A DNA stretch of 64,000 bases from Thiobacillus sp. UBA3361 (lineage in GTDB: Bacteria > Pseudomonadota > Gammaproteobacteria > Burkholderiales > Thiobacillaceae), in contig DEQR01000003.1 of NCBI GenBank assembly GCA_002360535.1, positions 4,279 through 68,278 on the forward strand, given 5' to 3'. Below the pieces are notes generated by a model that saw only the letters and a program-made list of their open reading frames with translations, did not search any database and was not told the origin of the DNA. The position numbers and the translations under genes were made by a program. Below are positions 28,673-44,244 of this stretch, one piece after another (the first letter of the stretch is position 1; every line of letters starts with the position of its first letter).

Positions 28673-30277
28673 ATGAAATTCTTCGGCAATTCCGTACAGG
28701 CAAAGATCGTACTGGCCATCACGCTCACCTTTCTGGCCGTGCTGTCCGTCTCCGTCTTCCTGACCGCGCGCGGCGAACGATCCCTGGCCTTGGATATCGC
28801 CAACGGCAAGGCGAGGGATATCGCCCGCACCTATTTCGACGGGGTGAACACCATGATGCTCACCGGCACCATGGACCAGAAGGAAAACCTGCGCGGCAAG
28901 CTGCTCGCCACCACGGGTCTGCGCAGCGTGGAGATCATCAATGCTCCCGGCAAGATCGAATCCCTGAGCAAGGAGAACCCACCCAGGGATGATCTGGATC
29001 GGCGTGCCCTGCAAGGCGCCGAGGCACACACCCTGGGGCAGGACAACGAAGGACGCACCGTCACCGTGCTCAGCCCGATCCGGGCCAGCAGCAACTATCT
29101 GGGCACCAACTGCCTGGGCTGCCACCAGGTGCCGGAAGGCAGCGTGGTGGGCGCGGTGCGGGTGACCTACTCGCTGGCCGAACTGGATGGGGAGATACAA
29201 GAGAACCTGGTCTTCAACAGTCTGGCCAACGTGGTGCTGTATGTCCTGGGCATCGGCCTGGTGCTGGCGCTCTTGCGCAAGATCGTCATCTCTCCCTTGC
29301 TGAACATGCGCCGCGTCATGCAGCAGGTTGAACAGGATTCCGATCTGGGACGCAGGCTCCAGGTCCATGGGAACGATGAGGTGGGCATCCTGGCCCAAAC
29401 CATCAACGACATGTTGGAGAAATTCCGCGTCAGCCTGACCCAGGTCGCCGACACCTCGGAACGACTCTCCGCCGCTTCGGAAAAGATTTCCCACGTGTCC
29501 GAGGAGACCACCGAGGCAGCCAACAGCCAGCGCACCGAGAACGACCATGCGGTCGCCGACATGGACGACCTGAAGGCACTGGCCGCGGAAGTCGGCGGCA
29601 GCGCACGGGAAACCGCCCAAACCTCCGTGGAGGCCGACCGGGAAGCGGCGCAAAGCACCGCCATGACGCGCGAGGCCATCGGCGGCATCCTCGCCCTGGT
29701 GAATGACATCGACCAGGCCGCGGGCGCCATGGAAAAACTGGACGAACGCAGCCACGAGGTCAGCGGCGTGCTGGACGTCATCCGCGGCATCGCCGAGCAG
29801 ACCAACCTGCTGGCCCTGAACGCGGCCATCGAGGCGGCACGGGCCGGCGAGGCGGGGCGCGGCTTCGCGGTGGTGGCCGACGAGGTGCGCAAGCTGGCGA
29901 CCCTGTCCCACGACTCCACACGCAGCATCGAGGACATCGTCAGCCAGTTGCAGCGCGAGGCGAAGGATGCCGTTCAGGTCATGGGCCATGCCCGCGACAG
30001 CGCGACCCAGCACGGCAAGCATCTGGAACAGGCCGTCGGCGGACTCGACCAGATCGTCACCCGCGTTGGCCTGATCCGCGAATTGAATACCCGCATGGCG
30101 CAAGCAGTCAGCCGCCAATGCGAATTGACCGAACGGGTCAGCTCCAGCATCGGCAAGGTCAGCGAATTGGCCGACCACACCGCTGAGGAGACCGGCGAGA
30201 CCAGTCTGATCTGCAAGGACCTGGCCCGCCTTGCCCACGAACTCCAGGGCATGGTGACCCGCTTCCGCCTGTCCTGA
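28673..30277 (+). CDS. methyl-accepting chemotaxis protein with periplasmic c-type haem (CxxCH) sensor domain
   Basis: TM1 ([19 protein letters not shown]), a periplasmic domain with NCLGCHQ (CxxCH) resembling DUF3365/Tll0287-like sensors, then TM2, HAMP and an MCP signalling domain ([31 protein letters not shown]). Confidence 0.85.
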   Translation: MKFFGNSVQAKIVLAITLTFLAVLSVSVFLTARGERSLALDIANGKARDIARTYFDGVNTMMLTGTMDQKENLRGKLLATTGLRSVEIINAPGKIESLSKENPPRDDLDRRALQGAEAHTLGQDNEGRTVTVLSPIRASSNYLGTNCLGCHQVPEGSVVGAVRVTYSLAELDGEIQENLVFNSLANVVLYVLGIGLVLALLRKIVISPLLNMRRVMQQVEQDSDLGRRLQVHGNDEVGILAQTINDMLEKFRVSLTQVADTSERLSAASEKISHVSEETTEAANSQRTENDHAVADMDDLKALAAEVGGSARETAQTSVEADREAAQSTAMTREAIGGILALVNDIDQAAGAMEKLDERSHEVSGVLDVIRGIAEQTNLLALNAAIEAARAGEAGRGFAVVADEVRKLATLSHDSTRSIEDIVSQLQREAKDAVQVMGHARDSATQHGKHLEQAVGGLDQIVTRVGLIRELNTRMAQAVSRQCELTERVSSSIGKVSELADHTAEETGETSLICKDLARLAHELQGMVTRFRLS

Positions 30278-30332
30278 GGGCGGGGCGCCTATCCCGATTC
30301 CCCGGCGGCCGCGCCTGCCAGGGCATGCCGCT

Positions 30333-30707
30333 TCAGGGAATTTCCACCAACTCCAGGGCGTTGCCGTCCGGGTCGCGGCAGAACAGCGCCGGCCGGCCGG
30401 ACCGGCTGAGGGTGTAAGGAATCCCCCGTTCGTCCAGCCGGTCGCACAGGGCCGCCCAACCCCTGACCCCCAAGGCCGTGTGCCGGTCCCGCCCGCCGTG
30501 CTCCGGCCGCCCCGCCACAGGGTCCGGATTGGCCAGCACCAGCAGGTGGATCTGGCAGTCCCCCAGGTCGTACCACACCCCCTGGAAGCCCATCACCGGC
30601 CGGCTCGGGCTGGGCACCAGGCCCAGCACCCCTTCGTAGAACGCACGCGCCCGTGCCAGATCGGATACCAGCAGGGACGCATGCAGCAAGCGCGCCACTT
30701 CAACCAC
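30333..30707 (-). CDS. VOC family protein (glyoxalase/bleomycin resistance/dioxygenase fold)
   Basis: 124 aa. LHASLLVSDLARARAFYEGVLGL ... DPDGNALELVE is typical of VOC/glyoxalase I-like proteins. Confidence 0.75.
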   Translation of the reverse strand: MVEVARLLHASLLVSDLARARAFYEGVLGLVPSPSRPVMGFQGVWYDLGDCQIHLLVLANPDPVAGRPEHGGRDRHTALGVRGWAALCDRLDERGIPYTLSRSGRPALFCRDPDGNALELVEIP

Positions 30708-31644
30708 TCTTCGCCTCCATCTTTCCCGTCAACAGGGTGGCGGCCACGATCATCGCACCGCCCAGCCATTCGCGCGGCCCCATGGACTCCCCCGCCAGCC
30801 ACCAGCTGGAAGCGGCTGCCCAGATCAGTTCCGTCAGCAGGATGATGACGGCCTGATTGGCCGGGGCGTGGGCCAGACCGTACTGGACGCTCAGGGTAGC
30901 CACCACCAGGCCCAGGCCGGTCAGCCACAGCAGCAGCCAGTCCATGCCGGACAGGGTGCCGAGTACCGGCAGGGCTCCGCCCCCACCCAGGGCTGGCCAC
31001 CAGGACGCCGCCATCACGCCCAGAAAGACCCATAGGCTGCGCGTCCCCAGGGGGATGTCGCCGATGCGGCGGGTCAGCACGTTGGCCAGGGCGAAACCGA
31101 TCCCCGCCAGCAGGCCCAGCCACTCCGCGAAGCCTGCCGGCAGCGGCGGCCCGCCCTCCGCCCCGCCCAGCATCACAGTCGCCCCGGCGAGTGACAGGGC
31201 GACGACCAGATAGCCCAGGCCGCCGGGCCGTTCGCCGAGTATCAGCCGCGCGAACAGCACCGTCCACAAAGGCGCCAGGTAGAACAGCAGCATCACCCGC
31301 ATGACCTCGCCGGAGATGACCGCCAGCACATAGGCCAGGTTGGTTCCTCCCGACACCAGGGCCATGAGTAGCAGCATGCGCCACTTGCCGGCCGGTGGCC
31401 GCAGCTGGCGGAAATAGAACGGCAGCACCAGCAGTGCCGCCAGCAGATAGGTGAGCCAGGACGCCAGGCTGCCGGAGAGTCCAGCCTGCTCCAGCAGGCG
31501 GTAGGGGTACCAGATGACGCCCCAGGAGAAGGCGGCCGTCAACAGGGCGCCGCGCGCCAGCCAGGGAGCAGCGGCAGCGGCAGCGGACGGGGTCGGAGAG
31601 GAGTGCGAGGAGGAGATAGGGGTCGGGCTCTGGGAGGTGGACAT
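30700..31644 (-). CDS. EamA/DMT-family transporter
   Basis: About 314 aa from the ATG at 31642-31644. It has roughly ten hydrophobic helices in a duplicated EamA-like arrangement, and its stop overlaps the VOC gene start by 8 nt. Confidence 0.75.
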   Translation of the reverse strand: MSTSQSPTPISSSHSSPTPSAAAAAAPWLARGALLTAAFSWGVIWYPYRLLEQAGLSGSLASWLTYLLAALLVLPFYFRQLRPPAGKWRMLLLMALVSGGTNLAYVLAVISGEVMRVMLLFYLAPLWTVLFARLILGERPGGLGYLVVALSLAGATVMLGGAEGGPPLPAGFAEWLGLLAGIGFALANVLTRRIGDIPLGTRSLWVFLGVMAASWWPALGGGGALPVLGTLSGMDWLLLWLTGLGLVVATLSVQYGLAHAPANQAVIILLTELIWAAASSWWLAGESMGPREWLGGAMIVAATLLTGKMEAKSG

Positions 31645-31679
31645 GCTTATAATTCTAATTTTTCCCTGGTGCCCCGGTC

Positions 31680-32873
31680 GTGAATCCTCGCCTGGACCAA
31701 TTGCAACCCTACCCGTTCCAGCGCTTGAAGGCCCTGCTGGCGGGCACCCGGCCACCCGAGGGGCTGGCGCACGTGAACCTGTCCATCGGTGAACCCAAGC
31801 ACCCCACCCCCCCGTTCATCAAGTCGGTCCTCACCGACAATCTGCACGGCCTGGCCCACTATCCCGTCACGCACGGCAGCGAGGACCTGCGCGAAGCCAT
31901 CGCCGACTGGTGCCTGGCCCGCTACGGCACCAACCTGGACCCGGACACCGAAGTGCTGCCCGTCAACGGCAGCCGGGAGGCGCTGTTCGCCTTCGCCCAA
32001 GCGGTCATCGACCCGACCCGGCACGTGAAGCGGGTGATCGCCCCCAACCCCTTCTACCAGATCTACGAGGGCGCCGCCCTGCTGGCGGGGGCCAAGCCCC
32101 ATTACCTGAATACCCTGCCCGAGCACGGCTACGCCATGGACCCGGAAGAGGTGCCCGAGGACCTGTGGGAAACGGTGCAGCTGGCCTACCTGTGCAGCCC
32201 AGGCAACCCCACCGGCAAGGTCTTGACCCTGGACGAATGGCGGCGCTGGTTCGAGCTGGCGGATCGGCACGGTTTCGTGATCGCTGCCGACGAATGCTAT
32301 TCGGAAATCTATTTCGGCGAGGACCAGCCCCCCCTGGGCGCCCTGAGTGCCGCTCGGCAACTGGGCCGGGATACTTCCCGGCTGGTGGTATTCAACAGCC
32401 TCTCCAAGCGTTCCAACGTGCCGGGCCTGCGCTCCGGCTTCGTGGCCGGCGATGCACAACTGATCAAGCAGTTCCTGCTCTACCGGACCTACCACGGCAG
32501 CGCCATGAACCCGGCCGTGCAGGCCGCCTCCGCCGCCGCCTGGCGGGACGAGGCGCATGTGCGCGACAACCGCCGCCAGTACGCTGAAAAATTCGCGGAG
32601 GTCATGCCCATCCTGGACGGCAAGTTGGCGTTCGCACCGCCCGATGCCGCTTTCTATCTCTGGGCGCGGGTGCCGGGCGGCGACGACGCGGCCTTCGCCC
32701 GGGCTCTGTTCGAGCAGCAGCATGTCACCGTGCTGCCCGGCAGCTACCTGGCGCGGGAAGCCCGGGGGGTGAACCCCGGCCGGGGTTTCATCCGCATCGC
32801 CCTGGTGGATGGGCTGGATCAATGCCGGGAAGCCGCCCGCCGCATCACCGATTTCGTCACCGGCAGCTTCTAA
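31680..32873 (+). CDS. dapC: succinyldiaminopimelate transaminase
   Basis: MNPRLDQLQPYPFQRLKALL...NLSIGEPKHPTPPF matches the DapC N-terminus known from Bordetella-type enzymes, and the gene lies immediately upstream of dapD. GTG start. Confidence 0.85.
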   Translation: MNPRLDQLQPYPFQRLKALLAGTRPPEGLAHVNLSIGEPKHPTPPFIKSVLTDNLHGLAHYPVTHGSEDLREAIADWCLARYGTNLDPDTEVLPVNGSREALFAFAQAVIDPTRHVKRVIAPNPFYQIYEGAALLAGAKPHYLNTLPEHGYAMDPEEVPEDLWETVQLAYLCSPGNPTGKVLTLDEWRRWFELADRHGFVIAADECYSEIYFGEDQPPLGALSAARQLGRDTSRLVVFNSLSKRSNVPGLRSGFVAGDAQLIKQFLLYRTYHGSAMNPAVQAASAAAWRDEAHVRDNRRQYAEKFAEVMPILDGKLAFAPPDAAFYLWARVPGGDDAAFARALFEQQHVTVLPGSYLAREARGVNPGRGFIRIALVDGLDQCREAARRITDFVTGSF

Positions 32874-32917
32874 ACCGGTTTCTTAGTTGAATCACGCAAC
32901 CTGTTGAGGTATTTGAA

Positions 32918-33742
32918 ATGCACGAACTCCAACCCATCATCGAAGAGGCCTTCGAGCGGCGCGCCGACATTACCCCCCGCAACGTGGAGCCCAAGGTCAA
33001 GGACGCCGTGATGGCGGTCATCGACCTGCTGGACTGCGGCCAGCTGCGGGTGGCCGAACGCGCCGAAGGCCAGAACTGGATCACCCACCAGTGGATCAAG
33101 AAGGCCGTGCTCCTGTCCTTCCGCCTGGAGGACAACGCCTTCATCAAGGGCGGCTTCACCAACTATTACGACAAGGTGCCCAGCAAGTTCGCCGACTTCA
33201 ACAGCCGTGACTTCCGCGAGGGCGGCTTCCGTGTGGTGCCGCCGGCCGCCGCCCGCAAGGGTTCGTACATCGCGCCCAATGTGGTGCTGATGCCGTCTTA
33301 CGTGAACATCGGCGCCTATGTGGATGAAGGCACCATGGTCGATACCTGGGCCACGGTGGGTTCCTGCGCCCAGATCGGCAAGAACGTGCACCTGTCGGGC
33401 GGCGTGGGCATCGGCGGCGTGTTGGAGCCGGTGCAGGCCAACCCGACCATCATCGGCGACAACTGCTTCGTCGGCGCCCGCTCCGAGGTGGTGGAAGGCG
33501 TGGTGGTGGAAGACAACTGCGTCATCTCCATGGGCGTCTATATCGGGCAATCGACCCGCATCTACAACCGCGAAACCGGCGAGATCCTCTACGGCCGCAT
33601 CCCCGCCGGCAGCGTGGTGGTGAGCGGCAACCTGCCCTCCTCCGATGGCAAGTACAGCCTCTATTGCGCGGTCATCGTCAAGCAGGTGGACGCCAAGACC
33701 CTGTCCAAAGTGGGCATCAACGAACTGCTGCGCGGCATCTGA
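32918..33742 (+). CDS. dapD: 2,3,4,5-tetrahydropyridine-2,6-dicarboxylate N-succinyltransferase
   Basis: 274 aa with DapD-typical sequence ([27 protein letters not shown]) and hexapeptide repeats ([40 protein letters not shown]). Confidence 0.95.
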   Translation: MHELQPIIEEAFERRADITPRNVEPKVKDAVMAVIDLLDCGQLRVAERAEGQNWITHQWIKKAVLLSFRLEDNAFIKGGFTNYYDKVPSKFADFNSRDFREGGFRVVPPAAARKGSYIAPNVVLMPSYVNIGAYVDEGTMVDTWATVGSCAQIGKNVHLSGGVGIGGVLEPVQANPTIIGDNCFVGARSEVVEGVVVEDNCVISMGVYIGQSTRIYNRETGEILYGRIPAGSVVVSGNLPSSDGKYSLYCAVIVKQVDAKTLSKVGINELLRGI

Positions 33743-33765
33743 GCCACGGATCCGGACTACTTCTC

Positions 33766-34605
33766 ATGCCCGATCTTTCAAGGAGCGAAGCCGACAAACT
33801 GCTGGCCGGCATCGTCATACCCCCCCGGCCCACGATCCTGACGGCCATCATGGAGGAACGCGCCAAGGACGAGCCGGACCTGCGCCGCATCGCCCAGCTC
33901 ATCGCCAACGACGTGGCCCTGTCCGCGGCGGTCCTGAAATCAATCAACTCACCCCTGTACGGGCTGCGCCGGCAGATCGCCTCCATCGACCAGGCGGTCG
34001 CCATGCTGGGGTTGAAGAACATCGGTGCCCTGGTCCTGGGCCTGTCCCTGCGCGGCGCCATGCCGGCCGCGGGCCTGGACCGGTTTTGGGACAGTGCCGC
34101 GCGCACCGCCCTGCTCGCCTCCCACCTGGCCCACGCCCTGGGCAGCGTGAGCAGGGAAGACGCGCACATGTTCGGCCTGTTTCACGACTGCGGCATCCCG
34201 CTCCTGATCCAGCGCTTTTCCGACTACAAGGAGACCCTGGCCAAGGCCAATGCCAGCCGGGACATGGATTTCACGGCGGTGGAGGATGCCCGCCACCAGA
34301 CCAACCACGCGGTGGTGGGCAGCCTGCTGGCCAGCAACTGGAAGCTGCCCGGTCATTTTCATGATGCGATCCTGCACCACCACGACACGGACGTGTACCA
34401 GTCCGACCTCCCCATACCCACCCTGAACCTGATCGCCACGGTGCACCTGGCGGAGCACATCGAGAACAGTTACTCCAGGCTGGCCACGGACGCGGAATGG
34501 GAGCGCATGGGCGACAAGGTCCTGGCCCAGCTGATGCTGAGCGGGGACAGCTTGAAGGAATTAACGCGGGATTGCCTGGAGTTGCTGGACGAGTCCGGGC
34601 TGTGA
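33766..34605 (+). CDS. HDOD domain protein
   Basis: 279 aa from the ATG at 33766. [64 protein letters not shown] is a canonical HDOD N-terminus, and an HD-like HHHD follows later. Confidence 0.8.
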   Translation: MPDLSRSEADKLLAGIVIPPRPTILTAIMEERAKDEPDLRRIAQLIANDVALSAAVLKSINSPLYGLRRQIASIDQAVAMLGLKNIGALVLGLSLRGAMPAAGLDRFWDSAARTALLASHLAHALGSVSREDAHMFGLFHDCGIPLLIQRFSDYKETLAKANASRDMDFTAVEDARHQTNHAVVGSLLASNWKLPGHFHDAILHHHDTDVYQSDLPIPTLNLIATVHLAEHIENSYSRLATDAEWERMGDKVLAQLMLSGDSLKELTRDCLELLDESGL

Positions 34606-34627
34606 ATGCACCCCGCGAGGTACAAGC

Positions 34628-38196
<3,569 letters not shown>

Positions 38197-38200
<4 letters not shown>

Positions 38201-38694
38201 AAATTCCGGCATTTGCCGCCCTGCTGGGCCTCAGCCTGGCCTGGGCGCCGGCCTCGGCCTTCGAGGTGGCCGAGTTCCAGAGCGGCATGGGCAAGCTGGA
38301 CGTGATGCAGAAGCTGGTCACCCAGTGGAATTTCGACAAGATCGTGGAGCCCAACGAGGACACCATCCTGGCCTACGACACCAGCAGCCAACTGAACCGG
38401 CGCTATCTGTTCAAGTTCTGCAAGGGCAAGCTCACCGGCTTCGAGCAGGACATCAAACCCTCGCTGAAGGCCCTGGTGATCGTCATCTCCAACAACAACG
38501 GCAAGTATGGTCAGCCGGCCAAGGTCTATGGCAACACCCACATGGTGAGCAACGGCGAAAAGCAGGTGCTGGGCCTGTTCTGGAAACACAACCTGGAACA
38601 TGTGGGGGTGAAGTACCTGATCCTGCCCGACACGGAACAGCTCTCCCTGTCCTTCGACGTCAACAACCTCTGCTACCAGACACCCAGCTTCTGA
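38197..38694 (+). CDS. secreted hypothetical protein (165 aa)
   Basis: Signal peptide MKIPAFAALLGLSLAWAPASA. The ATG overlaps the oxoprolinase stop (ATGA at 38197-38200). No family recognised. Confidence 0.6.
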
Positions 38695-40583
<1,889 letters not shown>

Positions 40584-40658
40584 CCTTCTCTCCAAGCGGC
40601 CGTGCCGCAACCTGCGTCGGATTTTGGGTCCGGGCCGGGGCCGGGGCAAGTCTCTACA

Positions 40659-41816
40659 ATGTCCTCCATGCAAACCTGGGACATCTTCTGCACCGTCATC
40701 GACAACTACGGCGACGTCGGCATCACCTGGCGCCTGGCCCGGCAACTGGCCGCCGAGCACGGCGTCCGGCCGCGGCTGTGGGTGGACGACCTGCGCGCCT
40801 TCCAGGCCATCCGCCCGGAGGTGGACCCGTCCCTGGACTGCCAGCGGCTGGCCGGCGTGGAGATCCGCCGCTGGAGCGATCCGCTGCCGGAAGTGGCGCC
40901 GGGCCGGGTGGTCATCGAGGCCCTGGCCTGCAACCTGCCGGAGACCTTCATCCGGAGCATGGCCGACAGCCGGCCGAAACCGGTGTGGCTCAACCTGGAG
41001 TACCTGAGCGCCGAGGACTGGGTACGCGGCTGCCACGGCCTGCCCTCGCCGCATCCGCGCCTGCCGCTGACGAAGTACTTCTTCATGCCCGGTTACGTGC
41101 CCGGCACCGGCGGGGTGCTGCGCGAGATATGGCTGGAGGCGGCGCGGCGTGAGTTCCAGGCGTCCGCCGCGGCGCGCACGGCCTTCCTGCGCGACCTGGG
41201 CGTGGCGGAACCGGCCGCCGGTGCCCTGCTGGTCTCGCTGTTCGCCTACGAAACCCGGTCCGTCGGGGCCTTGCTGGAGACCTGGGCGCAGGGCGCCGAA
41301 CCGGTGGAACTCTACATCCCGCGCGGCAAGGTCCTGGCAGGCGTGGAACACTGGCTAGGACAGGCCGTCGCCCCCAGAGACGGCCAAACCCGCGGCAACC
41401 TGCGCCTGTGGGTGCTTCCCATGCTGGACCAGGACGCCTATGACCGACTGCTGTGGGCCTGTGATTGCAACTTCGTGCGCGGCGAGGATTCCTTCGTGCG
41501 CGCCCAGTGGGCCGCCCGGCCCTTGGTGTGGCAGGCCTACCGCCAAGAAGAGGATGCCCAGCGGCCCAAGATCAAGTCCTTTCTGGACCTCTATTGCGCC
41601 GGGCTGGAGCCCCAGGCGGCGGAGGCCCTGCGCGCCTTCTGGGGGGCGTGGAACGAGGACCGGGATTGTGCTTCAGCATGGCCCGCCTACCGGCGCCGGC
41701 TCGCCCAATTCCGCCTGCATGCGAACCGCTGGACGGAGGTGTTGGCCGCGCCAGGAGACTTGGCCGGTAATCTGGTCCGCTTCTGCGAAAAACAACTTGG
41801 CGAAAAACCAAAATAA
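40659..41816 (+). CDS. earP: EF-P arginine-32 rhamnosyltransferase
   Basis: WDIFCTVIDNYGDVGITWRLARQLAAEHG ... NLEYLSAEDW ... NFVRGEDSFVRAQWAARPLVWQAYRQEE closely resembles Pseudomonas EarP. The gene lies directly upstream of efp. The start is 40659 or 40668. Confidence 0.9.
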   Translation: MSSMQTWDIFCTVIDNYGDVGITWRLARQLAAEHGVRPRLWVDDLRAFQAIRPEVDPSLDCQRLAGVEIRRWSDPLPEVAPGRVVIEALACNLPETFIRSMADSRPKPVWLNLEYLSAEDWVRGCHGLPSPHPRLPLTKYFFMPGYVPGTGGVLREIWLEAARREFQASAAARTAFLRDLGVAEPAAGALLVSLFAYETRSVGALLETWAQGAEPVELYIPRGKVLAGVEHWLGQAVAPRDGQTRGNLRLWVLPMLDQDAYDRLLWACDCNFVRGEDSFVRAQWAARPLVWQAYRQEEDAQRPKIKSFLDLYCAGLEPQAAEALRAFWGAWNEDRDCASAWPAYRRRLAQFRLHANRWTEVLAAPGDLAGNLVRFCEKQLGEKPK

Positions 41817-41844
41817 AAAGTTATAATAATCAGCTTTTTATTTT
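41810..41844. promoter_or_regulatory. AT-rich perfect 11-bp inverted repeat between earP and efp, with TATAAT in the loop
   Basis: AAAATAAAAAG (41810-41820) / CTTTTTATTTT (41834-41844), with the 13-nt loop TTATAATAATCAG. The element overlaps the earP stop codon and ends 20 nt before the efp ATG. Confidence 0.5.
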
Positions 41845-41864
41845 TAAAACCCTGTCAGTCAGCT

Positions 41865-42425
41865 ATGAAGACCGCTCAAGAACTCCGCTCCGGCAATGTA
41901 ATCATGGTGGGCAACGACCCGCTGGTGGTGCAGAAAGCCGAATTCTCCAAGTCCGGCCGCAACGCCTCCGTGGTCAAGATGAAGTTCAAGAACCTGCTCA
42001 CCGGCGCCGGCACGGAAACCGTGTACAAGGCCGACGAGAAGTTCGAGACCGTCACCCTGGAACGCAAGGAGTGCACCTACTCCTATTTCGCCGATCCCAT
42101 GTACGTGTTCATGGATACCGAATACCACCAGTACGAGGTGGAGGCCGACAACATGTCCGACGCCCTGCCCTTTCTGGAGGACGGCATGCCCGCCGAGGTG
42201 GTGTTCTACAACGGCAAGGCCATTTCCATCGAACTGCCCACCTCCCTGGTGCGTGAGGTGGAGTACACCGAACCCGCCGTCAAGGGCGACACCTCCGGCA
42301 AGGTGATGAAGCCCGCCCGCATCAAGCCCACCGGCTTCGAAATCGCCGTGCCGGCCTTCGTGGAGATCGGCGACAAGATCGAGATCGACACCCGCACCCT
42401 GGAGTACCGCAACCGGGTCAAGTGA
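41865..42425 (+). CDS. efp: elongation factor P (Arg32 / EarP-modified type)
   Basis: 186 aa, near-identical in pattern to Pseudomonas EF-P, with the modification loop [14 protein letters not shown] (Arg in place of the Lys34 of EpmA-type EF-P). Confidence 0.95.
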   Translation: MKTAQELRSGNVIMVGNDPLVVQKAEFSKSGRNASVVKMKFKNLLTGAGTETVYKADEKFETVTLERKECTYSYFADPMYVFMDTEYHQYEVEADNMSDALPFLEDGMPAEVVFYNGKAISIELPTSLVREVEYTEPAVKGDTSGKVMKPARIKPTGFEIAVPAFVEIGDKIEIDTRTLEYRNRVK

Positions 42426-42447
42426 CAACACGGGAAACCGGATGACA

Positions 42448-42475
42448 GGGCGGCCATGGGCCGCCCTTTTTCTTT
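42448..42475 (+). terminator. intrinsic terminator after efp
   Basis: GGGCGGCC-ATG-GGCCGCCC (8-bp GC stem) followed by TTTTTCTTTATT. Confidence 0.7.
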
Positions 42476-43256
42476 ATTGCGACGCGCCCGCCTGGCGCAC
42501 ACGTTCGAACAGGCATACCGCCGCCGCCGTGGCCACGTTGAGCGACTCCACCCGGCCCGGCATGGGGATGCTGAACGGCGCGCAGGTCTCTTGCAACGCC
42601 CGGCTCAATCCGGCCCCCTCGTTGCCGAAGGCGAAGGCACAGGGGCCACGCAGGTCCAGTTCGAACAGGCTTTCGGCCGCCCCCAGGATCGCCGCGCGGC
42701 AGGGTGTCGGCCATGCCGACGCGATGGCTGGCAGGTTGGCGCCTTCGTGGATGTGCACGGCGAAATGGGCACCCTGCCCGCCACGCAGGCATTTCGGCGA
42801 CCAAGCCTCCGCGCAGCCGGGGGAAAGATAGACCGCCTCCACCCCCGCCCCGGCCGCGCAACGGATCAGTGCACCCAGATTGCCAGGGTCACGGATGTCC
42901 TCCAGGAGCACGGCGAAGCTGGCCTGGGCCGAACCGGGCACGGGCATGCTTAGCATGGCCAGCAGACCAGCGGGCGTATCGCTGGGGGCCAGATTCTTGA
43001 ACAGGCCATCCGGCACCAGCAGCATGGGCAGGTCCGGGCATCTTGCCGTCAGGTCGTTGAAGCGGCCCTCCTCATGGGCCTGCTCGGTCAGCAGCCAGGC
43101 AAGGAGGCTTGCATCGGCATCCAGGGCGGACTGCACCAGATGCGGTCCTTCCAGCAGGGTCCGTGCCTGCTCCCGTCGGGCGCGTTTGTCCGTGGCCAGC
43201 TTCAGCCATTCCCGGTAGGCAGGGTTATCCCTGGAGGTGATGTGTTTCGGCGTCAC
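42474..43256 (-). CDS. TrmH/SpoU-family RNA 2'-O-methyltransferase
   Basis: 260 aa. SpoU motifs: LLEDIRDPGNLGALIRCAAGAG, AFGNEGAGLS, and IPMPGRVESLNVATAAAVCLFE. Confidence 0.85.
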   Translation of the reverse strand: MTPKHITSRDNPAYREWLKLATDKRARREQARTLLEGPHLVQSALDADASLLAWLLTEQAHEEGRFNDLTARCPDLPMLLVPDGLFKNLAPSDTPAGLLAMLSMPVPGSAQASFAVLLEDIRDPGNLGALIRCAAGAGVEAVYLSPGCAEAWSPKCLRGGQGAHFAVHIHEGANLPAIASAWPTPCRAAILGAAESLFELDLRGPCAFAFGNEGAGLSRALQETCAPFSIPMPGRVESLNVATAAAVCLFERVRQAGASQ

Positions 43257-43259
43257 ACC

Positions 43260-44150
43260 CTAACCGCACGCCCCGACGGAACCTGCCGCGCACAGCCGGC
43301 CATCCTGCCAGGCCGCCTTGCCCAGCGCCGCGCCCTCCAGCCGGGCGCCGTCGAGCCGCGCGCGGACCAGAGTGGCATATTCCAGCTTGGCCATGCCGAG
43401 ATTGGCGCCCGTGAGGTCGGCGCCTGTCAGGTCGGCGCCCGTGAGGTCGGCGCCCGTGAGGTCGGCGCCGCGCAAACTGGCCTGAGTCAGATCGGCATAG
43501 GCCAGCCGCGCGCCGCGCAGATCGGCACTGTCCAGACGGATGGCGCGCAATTGGGCGTTACCCAGCGAGGCCTGGCGCAGCACGGCTTTACGCTTGTCGC
43601 AGCCGCGCCAGACGACACCGTCCATTGCCGGTGCCAGACAATCGGGGACACCCACCAGATGGGGCTTGAGATCCGGCTGTTCCCGTTGGCCCAACAACAC
43701 CGCCAGACCGATAACCAGCAATATCAGCAGGGCAAACAGGGCGGCCCAGAACGCAGGCTTGGTGTGTCTCGCCCCTGCCAGCAATTCCTGGGTTTCCCGG
43801 TGGTCATGGCGCAATGCGGCCTGTTGAACAGTTTCGCCGCTACGGTGTTCCTCCACGGGGTCGGGCATGGCGTCCGCCGCCTGTCGCTCATCCAGCCAAC
43901 GTTTGCGGGCCTGGTCGCGCTCCTGGTCCCAATCGGCCTCTCCGCCCCCACGCCCTTCCCTGCCGGGCAGGTTGTCCAGGGTGGATTGAAAGTAACCACT
44001 GTCGCGGATGCTAAACCAGGCATGGCCGTCCAGGCTGACTTCATCGTCCGGGGCCAGACGGCCCAGGATCAGGTATTGGACGATGACCGGCGCGGGATAC
44101 GGCCCTCGGACCTTGCCGTCGCGGCGGATATACCAGAGGGATTGGGCCAT
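43260..44150 (-). CDS. GYF_2 (DUF4339)-like domain - TM - pentapeptide-repeat protein
   Basis: N-terminal WYIRRDGKVRGPYPAPVIVQYLILGRLAPDDEVSLDGHAWFSI, one TM helix (FWAALFALLILLVIGLAVLL), and C-terminal A(D/N)LxG pentapeptide repeats (ADLRGARLAYADLTQASLRGADLTGADLTGADLTGADLTGANL). Confidence 0.8.
   Translation of the reverse strand: MAQSLWYIRRDGKVRGPYPAPVIVQYLILGRLAPDDEVSLDGHAWFSIRDSGYFQSTLDNLPGREGRGGGEADWDQERDQARKRWLDERQAADAMPDPVEEHRSGETVQQAALRHDHRETQELLAGARHTKPAFWAALFALLILLVIGLAVLLGQREQPDLKPHLVGVPDCLAPAMDGVVWRGCDKRKAVLRQASLGNAQLRAIRLDSADLRGARLAYADLTQASLRGADLTGADLTGADLTGADLTGANLGMAKLEYATLVRARLDGARLEGAALGKAAWQDGRLCAAGSVGACG
43411..43470. repeat. four near-identical 15-bp tandem units inside the pentapeptide-repeat gene
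   Basis: GTGAGGTCGGCGCCT / GTCAGGTCGGCGCCC / GTGAGGTCGGCGCCC / GTGAGGTCGGCGCCG. The units are in frame, and each encodes one ADLTG pentapeptide on the minus strand. Confidence 0.9.
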
Positions 44151-44215
44151 GCCGTCTCGAATGCTGGTGACCGGGAGATTTTACCCACGGGTCTCGCCAG
44201 CGGCTGACAGCAGAC

Positions 44216-44244
44216 AAAAAAAAGCCCGGTCGGGTGACCGGGCT
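44216..44244 (-). terminator. strong intrinsic terminator (minus strand) inside the dnaE-downstream AT-rich spacer
   Basis: Minus strand: AGCCCGGTC-ACCC-GACCGGGCT (9-bp stem, 4-nt loop) followed by T8. Confidence 0.75.
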
